Source of the DNA: Limisphaerales bacterium
GTDB taxonomy: Bacteria; Verrucomicrobiota; Verrucomicrobiia; Limisphaerales; SIBE01
Assembly: GCA_044225505.1 (NCBI GenBank)
Contig: JBGAIN010000027.1
Coordinates: 687-64,686 of the forward strand
Length of the DNA stretch: 64,000 nt
Direction of reading: 5' to 3'
Of the stretch, positions 51,539 to 61,000 are shown in pieces. Below the pieces are notes generated by a model that was not told where the DNA came from, did no database searches, and saw only the letters and a list, made by a program, of their open reading frames with translations. Numbering within the stretch: position 1 is the stretch's first letter; each line of letters opens with the position of its first letter. A program made the position numbers and the translations under genes.

Positions 51539-52390
51539 TCAAGGCTCCGGAGCCGCATTCTGAATCAGATGACGCCAGGGCTGAGGGATGGAATCGTCGC
51601 GGTTGGCGAAGCTTGTGGAGAGCGATAACCCCGTCGCGGTATCGACGACTTTCATGAGAATCTTGCAGTCGCCGCGTGTGCCATCCGGGTTTTCGCGATC
51701 TAGAAATGTGATAGTCTTCTCCGTGCGGCCAAAAGGTTCGTATCCAACGGCCGAGAGCGAGTTCAGGTCGGCATACCCGACGAGCAATTCCGTCCGTTCC
51801 GGACCGATCGCCGCTTGCACCTGAGTGATCAGTTCGTCGGCAAGCTTCCGCCCTTCCTGGGGATAGGCCGGGACTTTGTAGGAGGTCTTCCGCCCTTCTT
51901 CACTCGTCAGATGTTCGCCGATCGGTTGCAAGCGAGAGACGTCCATCTGCTGCTGGGTTGTCAAAAGTTTGGCGACAGCCTGATTCACGACAGTCCTTTC
52001 GGATTCGCTGACGCCGAGCACGGCGCAGACTTCGTCGGTGAGTCTAAAATCCTCGGTCAACGGAGCGAGCTCAAGCTGTTTCAGATTGGCCTTGCTCAAA
52101 GTCACAAACGGGACTGGCGTCGGCGCGCTCGAAGCACCCGACAGTGCGGCCACAGAACGGCTCGAGGCGCTGGATGGGACGGGCACTAACGGCGGCTTGC
52201 TGGATGCGGTTGGAGGCGTTGTGAGTCGAGTGCTTTCCAGGGCACCAAGCTCATTTTCAATCGACGTGATCGACTGTTGGACTCGAGCGTTGCTTTCCTG
52301 CTGGCGAGCCACGGAACGATGCTGGAGTAACAAGACGCCGAGGGTGGCGGCGAGCACTGCTGCCAAAGTAATCAGTTTTGGGAAAAACAT
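51539..52390 (-). CDS. Membrane-anchored hypothetical protein; its extracytoplasmic domain is paralogous to the C-terminal domain of the upstream sigma-fusion protein
   Basis: N-terminal anchor MFFPKLITLAAVLAATLGVLLLQ, then a coiled/Ser-Pro linker. Then FVTLSKANLKQLELAPLTEDFRLTDEVCAVLGVSESERTVVNQAV aligns with VYVPKSLLPKIAMPALGEDGSITADMARALELDERQIQWVNGAL of 52416..53960. Confidence 0.6.
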   Translation of the reverse strand: MFFPKLITLAAVLAATLGVLLLQHRSVARQQESNARVQQSITSIENELGALESTRLTTPPTASSKPPLVPVPSSASSRSVAALSGASSAPTPVPFVTLSKANLKQLELAPLTEDFRLTDEVCAVLGVSESERTVVNQAVAKLLTTQQQMDVSRLQPIGEHLTSEEGRKTSYKVPAYPQEGRKLADELITQVQAAIGPERTELLVGYADLNSLSAVGYEPFGRTEKTITFLDRENPDGTRGDCKILMKVVDTATGLSLSTSFANRDDSIPQPWRHLIQNAAPEP

Positions 52391-52415
52391 AAGCGGGATC
52401 GTAGTGATTTAAAGT

Positions 52416-53960
52416 CTACGGATGGATCGAAAGATACTCGCGCTTCCAGCGCTCAACGACGGCGCGCACTTGCGGCAGATCGACTTCGTCCGGGGAACGC
52501 ACCGGCCGGATCGACGCACTCGCCCACCCTCCGTTTGAAGTGCGATACTCCTGGCCATAGTAATAGGGCCCTCCCCCTTCCTCGTCTTTTTCCGGACGCA
52601 CGAGCGTGACGCGTTTGGCCACGGCAGCCTCACGTTCGGAGAGGGCGGGCGTCCGGTCGGCATTCTTCCAAAAATACTCGCCTTTGTCCGCTCCCAGAAC
52701 GTTGTCGACAGATTCTTTCAACTTGGCCAGGACGGGAGCGTACTCCTCTGTGAAATCGTCCCGGATCAGACTGACCTGTTCGGCGACCGGCGAGAATTTC
52801 ATTGAGGTCGGATGCTCCGTCGACACTTGGAAGTGGGCATTTTCCAGAGCATGGTATTGTTGGTAAAACTGTCCGAGAGCTCCATTCACCCACTGAATTT
52901 GGCGTTCGTCCAACTCCAGCGCGCGCGCCATGTCCGCCGTTATCGATCCGTCCTCGCCCAATGCGGGCATCGCGATTTTCGGAAGCAAGCTTTTGGGAAC
53001 GTACACCGAATCCGAGTTCGCCGACCAAATAAAAGGATCAATTGCCGGTCGTGGCGCAGCCTGGACGGTGGTGCTTGCGACCACAGTATTCCGGGATGGA
53101 CTCTGCGGAAGTGCGCGGTTTTGACGGGCCACAGCCAGGCGCTCCTGCACTGAGACCAGTTGCGCCTCCAAGGAGAAGGATTCGGCGGATAGTTGGCGCC
53201 CGGTGTTCCACTGGTAAGCGATAGGCGACGAGGCAAGGACGATACAGGTCGCAGCAATCTGCGTTTTGGTGACACTCATAATCTTGGCCAGAATCAAAGA
53301 CGCGCCCGCAAGAGAGCCAGTAGCGCCTTGGGTCAATAAGGTTTGGGTAGCGATCTGTTTAAACAAATGAATCGGAGCCGCCACTGTGCTTTGACGCAGC
53401 GCTGCCGCCACCACGGCGGTGGTTGGAACAGCGTGGCCAAAGCGCCGGAACACAGTGGCCAGTTCATCCAAAGCCTTAGCAACCCGCTTTTGGGCCGTGT
53501 CTTCGGAGATACCCAACACGGCACCAACTTCCGCCAGGCTTTTTTCCTCAAAGAACCGCAACAGCAGCACCCGGCGGTCTCTCTCCCGGAGCTGGAGCAG
53601 GGCGTTGTCGAGTTCTTCGGAGAGCGGGCTTTGCTCAGGATCGGAAGTTTTCATGGTCGACCCGAGTTCGATGGCCAGGGCCTCACGACGTTGGCGCCGA
53701 GACTCTTCTCGGTAGCGTTCCTTAGCTTTGAACAAGGTGGTCTTGTGGAGCCATCCGCCCAGATCTCCTGGGATAAAGAACGGCGCCCTTTGCGCCAGGA
53801 GGGTGAAAACGTTTTGGGCCACCTCTTCAGCCACCGTGGCATCTCGAGATTGGCGAAACGCCGCCCCATAGACCAAGTTGAGATAGCGGTCGACGAGAGC
53901 ACGGAACGCGGCTTCCTTCCCCTGCTCCACATATTCCCGCAGTAGTTCATAATCGGTCAT
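52416..53960 (-). CDS. ECF sigma-70 factor fused to hydrophobic segments and a ~260-aa extracytoplasmic domain
   Basis: Residues 1-175 are the sigma part. Region 2: FRALVDRYLNLVYGAAFRQSRDATVAEEVAQNVF. Region 4: ERDRRVLLLRFFEEKSLAEVGAVLGISEDTAQKRVAKALDEL. Hydrophobic stretches at ~180-250 (AVPTTAVVAAAL, IAATCIVLASSPIAY). The C-terminal domain of unknown family runs to residue 514. Confidence 0.75.
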   Translation of the reverse strand: MTDYELLREYVEQGKEAAFRALVDRYLNLVYGAAFRQSRDATVAEEVAQNVFTLLAQRAPFFIPGDLGGWLHKTTLFKAKERYREESRRQRREALAIELGSTMKTSDPEQSPLSEELDNALLQLRERDRRVLLLRFFEEKSLAEVGAVLGISEDTAQKRVAKALDELATVFRRFGHAVPTTAVVAAALRQSTVAAPIHLFKQIATQTLLTQGATGSLAGASLILAKIMSVTKTQIAATCIVLASSPIAYQWNTGRQLSAESFSLEAQLVSVQERLAVARQNRALPQSPSRNTVVASTTVQAAPRPAIDPFIWSANSDSVYVPKSLLPKIAMPALGEDGSITADMARALELDERQIQWVNGALGQFYQQYHALENAHFQVSTEHPTSMKFSPVAEQVSLIRDDFTEEYAPVLAKLKESVDNVLGADKGEYFWKNADRTPALSEREAAVAKRVTLVRPEKDEEGGGPYYYGQEYRTSNGGWASASIRPVRSPDEVDLPQVRAVVERWKREYLSIHP

Positions 53961-54236
53961 AGCACCGGATTCATTAAGTAACTGGCCACCGCAGGAGGAA
54001 ATCCGAAATTTTTCTTTTCGTCACCTCATCGTCCGAAGAAGAGATTCAAAAGAAATCGCTTAAGTCTTCGGGGAGCAATGGCTTGAGATGCTGTCGAGCG
54101 ATCCGGAAATGACCGGCTATCCTATGGGAACGTCCTCCATCCTTGAGCGAGGAGCGCGCCGCTAAAATGCCGCCCAAACCATTTCAGCTTACCACGGTCC
54201 GATCGCGAGGGGGTGGGCAACCGTTTCGCCAGAAGT

Positions 54237-56936
54237 TCATTCTGAACGCAAGGCCAGCATCGGATCGACCTTGGTCGCACGACGCGCTGGGATATAACAT
54301 GCCAGCATCGCGCTAAGGCAAAGCGCGAAGGTCACCGTGACATAGGTTAACGGATCGGTCGGCGCGACCTGGAAAAGGACGCTGCCTAACACCCGAGTCA
54401 ACGTAAATGATCCCAAAAGCCCCACGACCACACCGGCGAGGATCAACCGCATTCCATGTCCAACCACCAGTCTGAGCACATCGTAAGGTTGAGCGCCCAA
54501 AGCCATGCGCACACCAATTTCCCTTTGCCGTTGAGTGACTGTGAAGGAAAGCAGTCCGTACACGCCGATGATGGCCAAAATCAGGGCAAGGCTCGCGAAC
54601 CCACCCAACAAGCCGAGGTTGAGTCGATCCGAGGCAACATTTTGGTCGCGAATTTCTTTCATGGTATAAATTCCATAAATGGGCAACGTCGGATCGACCT
54701 GCGATACCTGTTGCCGAATGGAACTAAGCAAGGCCGCTGGTTCACTCGTCGTTTTGACGACTCCAGCCACGCTCAGGAGCGGTTGCTGAAAGATCGGAAA
54801 GTAAGCCTGGACGAGCCCAGCCTGCTCGCTCAGCCGATTCTCTTTAATCCGTCCGACGACTCCGACCACAGTCACGACCGGCTGTTTCTCCCGTTCGCCG
54901 AAAGGGATCCGGACACGCTGGCCAATCGGATTCTGGTCAGGCCAGTAGCGCCTGGCGAATTCCTCATCGATAATCACTGATTTGAGACCGGATCCCCAAT
55001 CACCCCCGGAGGGAGAGCCAGCGAGGTGTTCTCGATTGTCCGATTCCGCGAAGTCACGCCCTTGGAGAAGTGGAATGCCCAGGGTCTGGAAGTAATCCGG
55101 GGCAATGAGATGAACTTGCAGCGACGGTCGAAGATGAGGCGGAGGTTCCGGTCTTCCCTCAATTAAAAAGAGCATATCCCATCCCCCTTCGTGCAAGGGA
55201 ATCGAATTCTGAGAGGCAAGACTCGCCGCTCTCACGCCTGGGAGCCCACGCAGCCTTTCCTGCAACGCTCTACAAAATAGAACGTTCTGCTCGGCCGATG
55301 CATACTTCTCCTTGGGCAAGTTGATGCGAAACGTCAAAACACGATCGATCACAAAGCCAGGACGGACCTTCAATAATCGATGAAAACTGAGGAGCAGCAA
55401 ACCGGCACCCACCAGGAGGACGAAAGTCAGCGCGACTTCGGCAATGACCAACCCTTGGCGCAAACCCGCCCGGCTGGAGGTTGCTCCCCGCCCCGCTTCC
55501 TGTAACGCACGCTGTAAGTCGAGTCGGTTGATATGCCAAGCTGGGGCAAGGCCAAACAAAATGCCCGTGACTATCGCAATGAGGCCCGAGAACAGTAGCA
55601 CGCGCAGATCCAGGCTGATTTCGTCGACGCGCGGCAAGCTCTCGCCCGCCAGGATTGTTACAACTCGAAGTGCTCCTTTGGCAAAAATCAAACCTGCGAT
55701 AACGCCAAGGACCGCGAGCAAGCCGCTTTCCGTGAGCAATTGTCGCGTGATCCGCCATCGGCCCGCCCCTAAAGCTGCGCGCAGCGCCATTTCTTTCTCA
55801 CGGGCGACGGCACGGGCAAGCAACAAGTTCGCCACATTGGCGCAGGCAATCACCAAGACAAAACTGACTGCCCCAAGGAGAATCCAAAGTGCGCGGCGGA
55901 AATTTCCCACGACTCTGTCCAATAACCTATCGATCTGCACACGCCGAGTCTTGTTGGTTTCCGGGTACTGCTGTTCCAACCGAACCGCGATGACGTCCAG
56001 GTCCACTCGCGCCTTTTCAAGAGTCACTCCCGGTTTCAGGCGCGCCAAGCCGAACAGTCCAGGATGATTGTCTCGGTTTTGCCAACCAGACTCGGCAAAG
56101 AGCGGGCCGACGGGAAGCCAGAGGTCTACCTTATTGGGAAATTCAAATCCCGCGGGCATCACGCCCAAGACCGCATAACTAACCCCACCGAGGTTGATCG
56201 TTCGGTTAACAATCCCAGCATCACCTCCGAACCGATTCCGCCAGAGCGCATGACTAATGACGGCGACAGACGGGGCCCCTGGCCTGTCTTCTTCTTCCCG
56301 GAAGACGCGTCCGATTTCCGGTTGAGTCCGCAACGCCGCAAACACATCCGCGGAAACAAGCGCCCCCGTTAACCGAACAGGCTCGGCTGCGCCCGTGAGG
56401 GTAAAACTGTTAACCGTGTAGGCCCCGAACGTTTCAAAAACCGACTGCTGGCTCCGCCAATCGGCGAAATTCGGATAAGAAAGAGATCCACCCGACCAAT
56501 CTGGACCTCGCTCGCTCAGCGAAACCAACTGTCCGGAATCGGGATAAGCGAGCGGACGCAACAAGACCGCATCTACCACGCTGAAAATCGCGGTGTTCAC
56601 GCCGATGCCCAGTGCCAGAGTGAGCACGGCCACAGCGGTAAAGCCCGGGTTCTGACGCAATTGCCGCGCTCCGAAACGGATGTCCTGGAAAAATGCCTCC
56701 AAGACCGGTAATCCTCGTTGGTCCCGGTAGGCCTCCTTCGCTGACTCAATCCCGCCGAATTGAAGCATCGCCTGACGGCGGGCTTCGTCCGGGGTCATCC
56801 CCGAGCGAAGATTGTCTTCGATGTGCAATTGAAGGTGGCTCTCAATCTCCGCCTCAAGCTCCCAGTCCTGGCGCGACTTGTTAAACAACCCGCCCAATCT
56901 CGCCATCCATTCGCGAAGTCTTCGCATCACGGTCAC
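54237..56936 (-). CDS. ADOP-family duplicated FtsX/MacB-like ABC transporter permease
   Basis: 899 aa. N-terminus MRRLREWMARLGGLFNKSRQDWELEAEIESHLQLHIEDNLRSGMTPDEARRQAMLQFGG is the ADOP leader pattern. There are two MacB_PCD+FtsX halves. The track start is GTG 56936; ATG 56927 is more likely. Confidence 0.8.
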   Translation of the reverse strand: MTVMRRLREWMARLGGLFNKSRQDWELEAEIESHLQLHIEDNLRSGMTPDEARRQAMLQFGGIESAKEAYRDQRGLPVLEAFFQDIRFGARQLRQNPGFTAVAVLTLALGIGVNTAIFSVVDAVLLRPLAYPDSGQLVSLSERGPDWSGGSLSYPNFADWRSQQSVFETFGAYTVNSFTLTGAAEPVRLTGALVSADVFAALRTQPEIGRVFREEEDRPGAPSVAVISHALWRNRFGGDAGIVNRTINLGGVSYAVLGVMPAGFEFPNKVDLWLPVGPLFAESGWQNRDNHPGLFGLARLKPGVTLEKARVDLDVIAVRLEQQYPETNKTRRVQIDRLLDRVVGNFRRALWILLGAVSFVLVIACANVANLLLARAVAREKEMALRAALGAGRWRITRQLLTESGLLAVLGVIAGLIFAKGALRVVTILAGESLPRVDEISLDLRVLLFSGLIAIVTGILFGLAPAWHINRLDLQRALQEAGRGATSSRAGLRQGLVIAEVALTFVLLVGAGLLLLSFHRLLKVRPGFVIDRVLTFRINLPKEKYASAEQNVLFCRALQERLRGLPGVRAASLASQNSIPLHEGGWDMLFLIEGRPEPPPHLRPSLQVHLIAPDYFQTLGIPLLQGRDFAESDNREHLAGSPSGGDWGSGLKSVIIDEEFARRYWPDQNPIGQRVRIPFGEREKQPVVTVVGVVGRIKENRLSEQAGLVQAYFPIFQQPLLSVAGVVKTTSEPAALLSSIRQQVSQVDPTLPIYGIYTMKEIRDQNVASDRLNLGLLGGFASLALILAIIGVYGLLSFTVTQRQREIGVRMALGAQPYDVLRLVVGHGMRLILAGVVVGLLGSFTLTRVLGSVLFQVAPTDPLTYVTVTFALCLSAMLACYIPARRATKVDPMLALRSE

Positions 56937-57017
56937 TCCTTAATTTTGAGACTTTTCAGGTATGGGTAAGCCATAGGAACCAAGCGCTCTAACTCCGTCA
57001 ACGTCGGCCCCGGCGAC

Positions 57018-57356
57018 TCACGCGATTTCGGGATTCAGAAATCGGGCCAGAATGGCGGTGGCTTGTTTCCAGTCTCGAGTCTCCTTCTCGATCTGTTTGC
57101 GCCCAGCTCGGGTGAGTTGGTAGTACTTCGCCTTCCGATTGTTGTCCGAAAGGCCCCACTCGGAACGGATGTATCCCTCTTGTTCCAACTTGAGCAGCGC
57201 CGGGTAGAGGGTGCCGTAATTCACAGACAACAGATCAGCGCTCGTCTGTTCGATCTGGCGCGCTATTCCGTAGCCATGTAAGGACCCGGTCCGCTCGAGA
57301 GTTTTAAGAATCATCAACGCCAGAGTTCCCTGCCACACGTCGGTTTTGCTGCCCAT
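57018..57356 (-). CDS. PadR-family transcriptional regulator (the type paired with ADOP permeases)
   Basis: 112 aa. GTLALMILKTLERTGSLHGYGIARQIEQTSADLLSVNYGTLYPALLKLEQEGYIRSEW...KYYQLTRAGRKQ is a winged-helix PadR signature. Confidence 0.85.
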   Translation of the reverse strand: MGSKTDVWQGTLALMILKTLERTGSLHGYGIARQIEQTSADLLSVNYGTLYPALLKLEQEGYIRSEWGLSDNNRKAKYYQLTRAGRKQIEKETRDWKQATAILARFLNPEIA

Positions 57357-58003
57357 GCCAAAGACGGTATCATTCTTCTATTGGCAAGCAATAGGAAAGA
57401 TGGACCCATGGCGACCGCCATGCTCAAACCAGTCCTGTGAATCTCGGCTATACCGGCTTCTTCGTTTCCTATAGCGACGTAAAACCTGATCTGGAACCCA
57501 GTGCAGCCGGCGCAGGGACTTGGACTTATCTTAAACCAACGCCCTTTGCCTGAGTGACCACGACTCGCGTGAAGCATAACTCGACATTGAATATTGCCTG
57601 GCCTAGCGTCTCGGCATCCAATAGGGCTCACCTGTTGAACCTGGACTGATTTCCGAGTTCTTGTCGGGCGCCAAACGGGTCGTTCCTGGAACTGAGCCAG
57701 TCTCATGGTAAAGCCGTTGATTCAAAGGCGCGTTGACGACGCGCTGCTCAGCGACCTTGGGCGGACAAGTTGTTTGAAACGTTGGGGTCAGGGCGCTGCT
57801 CGCCATTCGTAATCGCGGTTCATGATAAAAAGCTATGCCCGCTTAGGGCTGCCGTGCCAGGTGCTTGCCTCTCAGGCAAGCCCTTCGACGAGCATTCGTG
57901 AGGATCCAAAGGAGGACATCCTTCGACTCGCATGAATGTGCCCGCGCTCGCCCAATCTGTTTCCCCTGTCTGACGCCATGACGATCGGTCACCTCTTCCA
58001 TCC

Positions 58004-61000
58004 ATGAATGTCGCATCCAGAACCCACCAGGTCATCGCCGTAATTTCCATAGCCTTGGCTCTCTCCGCAACTGCGCAGCAATCGGCTATCCCATCGCTAA
58101 GTGTCTCGCTTTCCGGGAACGGAGGCATTCGGTTGGGTTGGCCAACGGCCGCAAATGGGTTCTCTCTCGAAGAAGCAGGGACTTTGGGCAATGCCAGTAT
58201 ATGGACGCCCCTGGTCGGATCTCCTCTGCCCGAAAACGGCCAGTTCACGGTAACACTCGTTCCGGGCAACGCCCCGCGCTTCTATCGACTGCGTCAAACC
58301 TTGACGCCCTCCACGTTTCAAATTGCTGCTCACACGCCACTCGACGGCGCGACCGAAGTCGGCGTAACGGTGCGACCCCAGGTGTTTTTCTCTGAACCCG
58401 TCGACGCAACAACGCTCTCAGCCGACAACTTCTTCGCCGAGGCCGCCGGGGTCGATCTTGGGGCGAGCATCGTCCCGGCCAATGACGGCTCCTTTGCCTG
58501 GTTATTCTTCAAACAATCCATGCCGGGAGACACACGGGTGCGGGTCAGCATCGACGGAGCGGGCATTCGTTCTCGGACTGGCGAAAGTCTCGACCCCGAC
58601 GGCGACGGAGTGCCAGGAGGAGTCGGAGAGTTCGAATTCACAACCGTCAGCACGCAAGGGATGCCAGGCACTTCACTGTCCGGTATCGTAGTGGATCCGG
58701 GTCCGGACCTGATTCCGCGGAGCGACGACGATTTGCAGGCTGGACCAGACGGCCGCTTGGGGACGACGGACGATAATTTCCTTTTACCCATTCAGGGAGT
58801 CAAAGTGCACCTTTTGGGTTTGGAGAGCCGAGTCGTCACGACCCAGGCGGACGGCAAATTCCACTTTGATACCGTCCCGGTCGGAGACGTGAAAGTCGTG
58901 ATCGACGGGACGACAGCCACCCTGGCGCCGACAGGGATCTACTTCCCGGAGATGGTGATCGATGCTCAGATGGTGCGTGGCAAAGAGAATTGGAGCATGA
59001 CGAACGGCTCAGAGGTTTATCTGCCCAGAATTTCGAAGAACATACTCCAGACGGTGAGCGCCGGAAGCACCAATCAGATAAACGCCACTCCAGACGGGGC
59101 GTCTGGGTTGAGCGCCTTTCAACGGTCGCAACTTTCCATCCGTCTCCCTCCGAATAGTCTGATCGGCGCGGACGGACGGCCCTTGAGCGGCGGTCAAGTG
59201 GGCATCAGCACGGTGCCGGCGGAGATCGTGCGGGACATGTTGCCCCCGGGGGTGCTGCAACATACGTTCGACATTACGGTGCAGGCGCCGGGAATTGCGG
59301 CCTTCAGTACGCCAGCGTCGATGAGCTTCCCGAACATGTTCAATGCCGCGCCTGGAACCCAGCTCAACTTCCTCAGCTTTGACCATACGACCGGCCGATT
59401 GGTGATCGAAGGCACAGCCACGGTCTCGGCGGATGGCAGTTCCGTGCAGACGGACCCCGGGACCGGAATAACTCATCCGGGATGGCATGGTTTAACACCG
59501 CCGGGCGGCCCGAACGACCCGTCCGACAATCCGGACCCGGAATGCCAGTCAGAATTGCTGGCTGCAGACGAGCCCGCCGATGATTCGGGAGTTTCGCTCC
59601 AGCGTTTCAACCCCAGCAGCCCCGGCGGCCTTCGACCGGAAACGGAGGGAATCTCCGATTACTTCTTCAACGCGGGTGATGGAGAATCGTTCACCTTGCG
59701 TTTTCGAAATCCGGCCCCCGCGCCAGCGAAGGCGTCAAAGGCGATTTGTGGGCCGGACAGCACCGGGCCCAAGCCGCTCGTTTTCAAGATTTCGATCCAG
59801 GGCAATGATCGCGCCGTTCGTTTCCTGGAAGGCTTGGACAAATCCATAGTGCGCCCCTTCCTGCTTCGCCCTGGCCAGGAAAAGAAGCTCAAAGTCACCC
59901 TTACGCCTCTGCTCAAAGGGATCAGAAAGATCGAAGTGGACCGGCTCTACGGAGCGAAACTCACCATCCAAGGCTGGGAGTCTGGAAGCCCAAATAATCT
60001 GTTGCTCAACAAAACCATTTACGTAGGGCGTTACCTGGATGCCATGGACGCCAACCACGTCGATGGCACCTTGACGATGGCCCCGACCGCTGTGGGCCAC
60101 GACGGGATACCCGGTGTGGTCCGCGAACGCAATTTCGAGGTGTTAGGCGTGCCGCTGCGCCTGCGCCTGCCTGCCAACGCCGGAGACGCTCCGTTCGTTA
60201 TTCTGGGTCATCAGGTCGATTTTGCGCCCTCGGGCCGTGGGCCAACCTCTAGAATCGAGGCTGAGGTTGTCTCCCCGGCCAACGAGGTGATCGGCAGGTT
60301 GAATTTAGAAGGAAATGCCACCTTGCAGGAGTATTACGTGGATGGCGCCAGAATTCGTGACGTTCTGGCCAAAGCAGCCGCCGGGCAGATCCCAGGCGTA
60401 ACGGACGCGCAGAAGGCGTTTCTGAAACCCAACGGTGCTCTGGACCGGATTGTATCCAATGTTCTCGCGTCGGCCGATTCGCTCTTGCAGACCTACGCGA
60501 GCGGAGTGGCGCGGGCGACGGTCGAACCCACGTTAGGCGTGAAGATCACTGCTTATTCTACTGACCAAGCCTCAAGCCCTGACCAAGTCGATGGCGACAC
60601 CCTCGGAAGGAGTGATGGCATCGATATTTGTTCCCTGGACGCCGTCAACTGCACCCGCGAGGTGGCCAAACCACTCTCTGAACTGCTCGCCCTGGTCCCA
60701 AAGATGAGCCGAGCGGAAGCGGCCTTTCGACTTAGCAAATCGTTGAACACGCGGCCCAACGGCAGTTTTGAACTGTACATCGACCATTTCCTCACCGCCA
60801 AACGACGCAGCGGACCGCAGACGGGAGTGCCCTACCTGTTGAGCGAAGACGCGCTCGTCCTGCATCTGGCCACGACCATCGTCCACGAGCTCGGCCACAC
60901 CTTAGGGATGGTCCATACCTACAATTCCTACGTCGCGCGGACGACGAAAACGTGCGGCTGCTCGCTGAACGCTCAAGGAAAACCAATTCCAGATTACCGC

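Noticed and set aside
57357-58003. Short ORFs (57314..57706, 57603..57806, 57820..58269, all minus strand) in the padR-metzincin spacer.
   Set aside because: They have no homology signals, odd composition, and overlap each other or the metzincin leader. The region is treated as a divergent regulatory spacer. A 7-bp-stem hairpin at 57863-57881 was noted, but it has no interpretable context.
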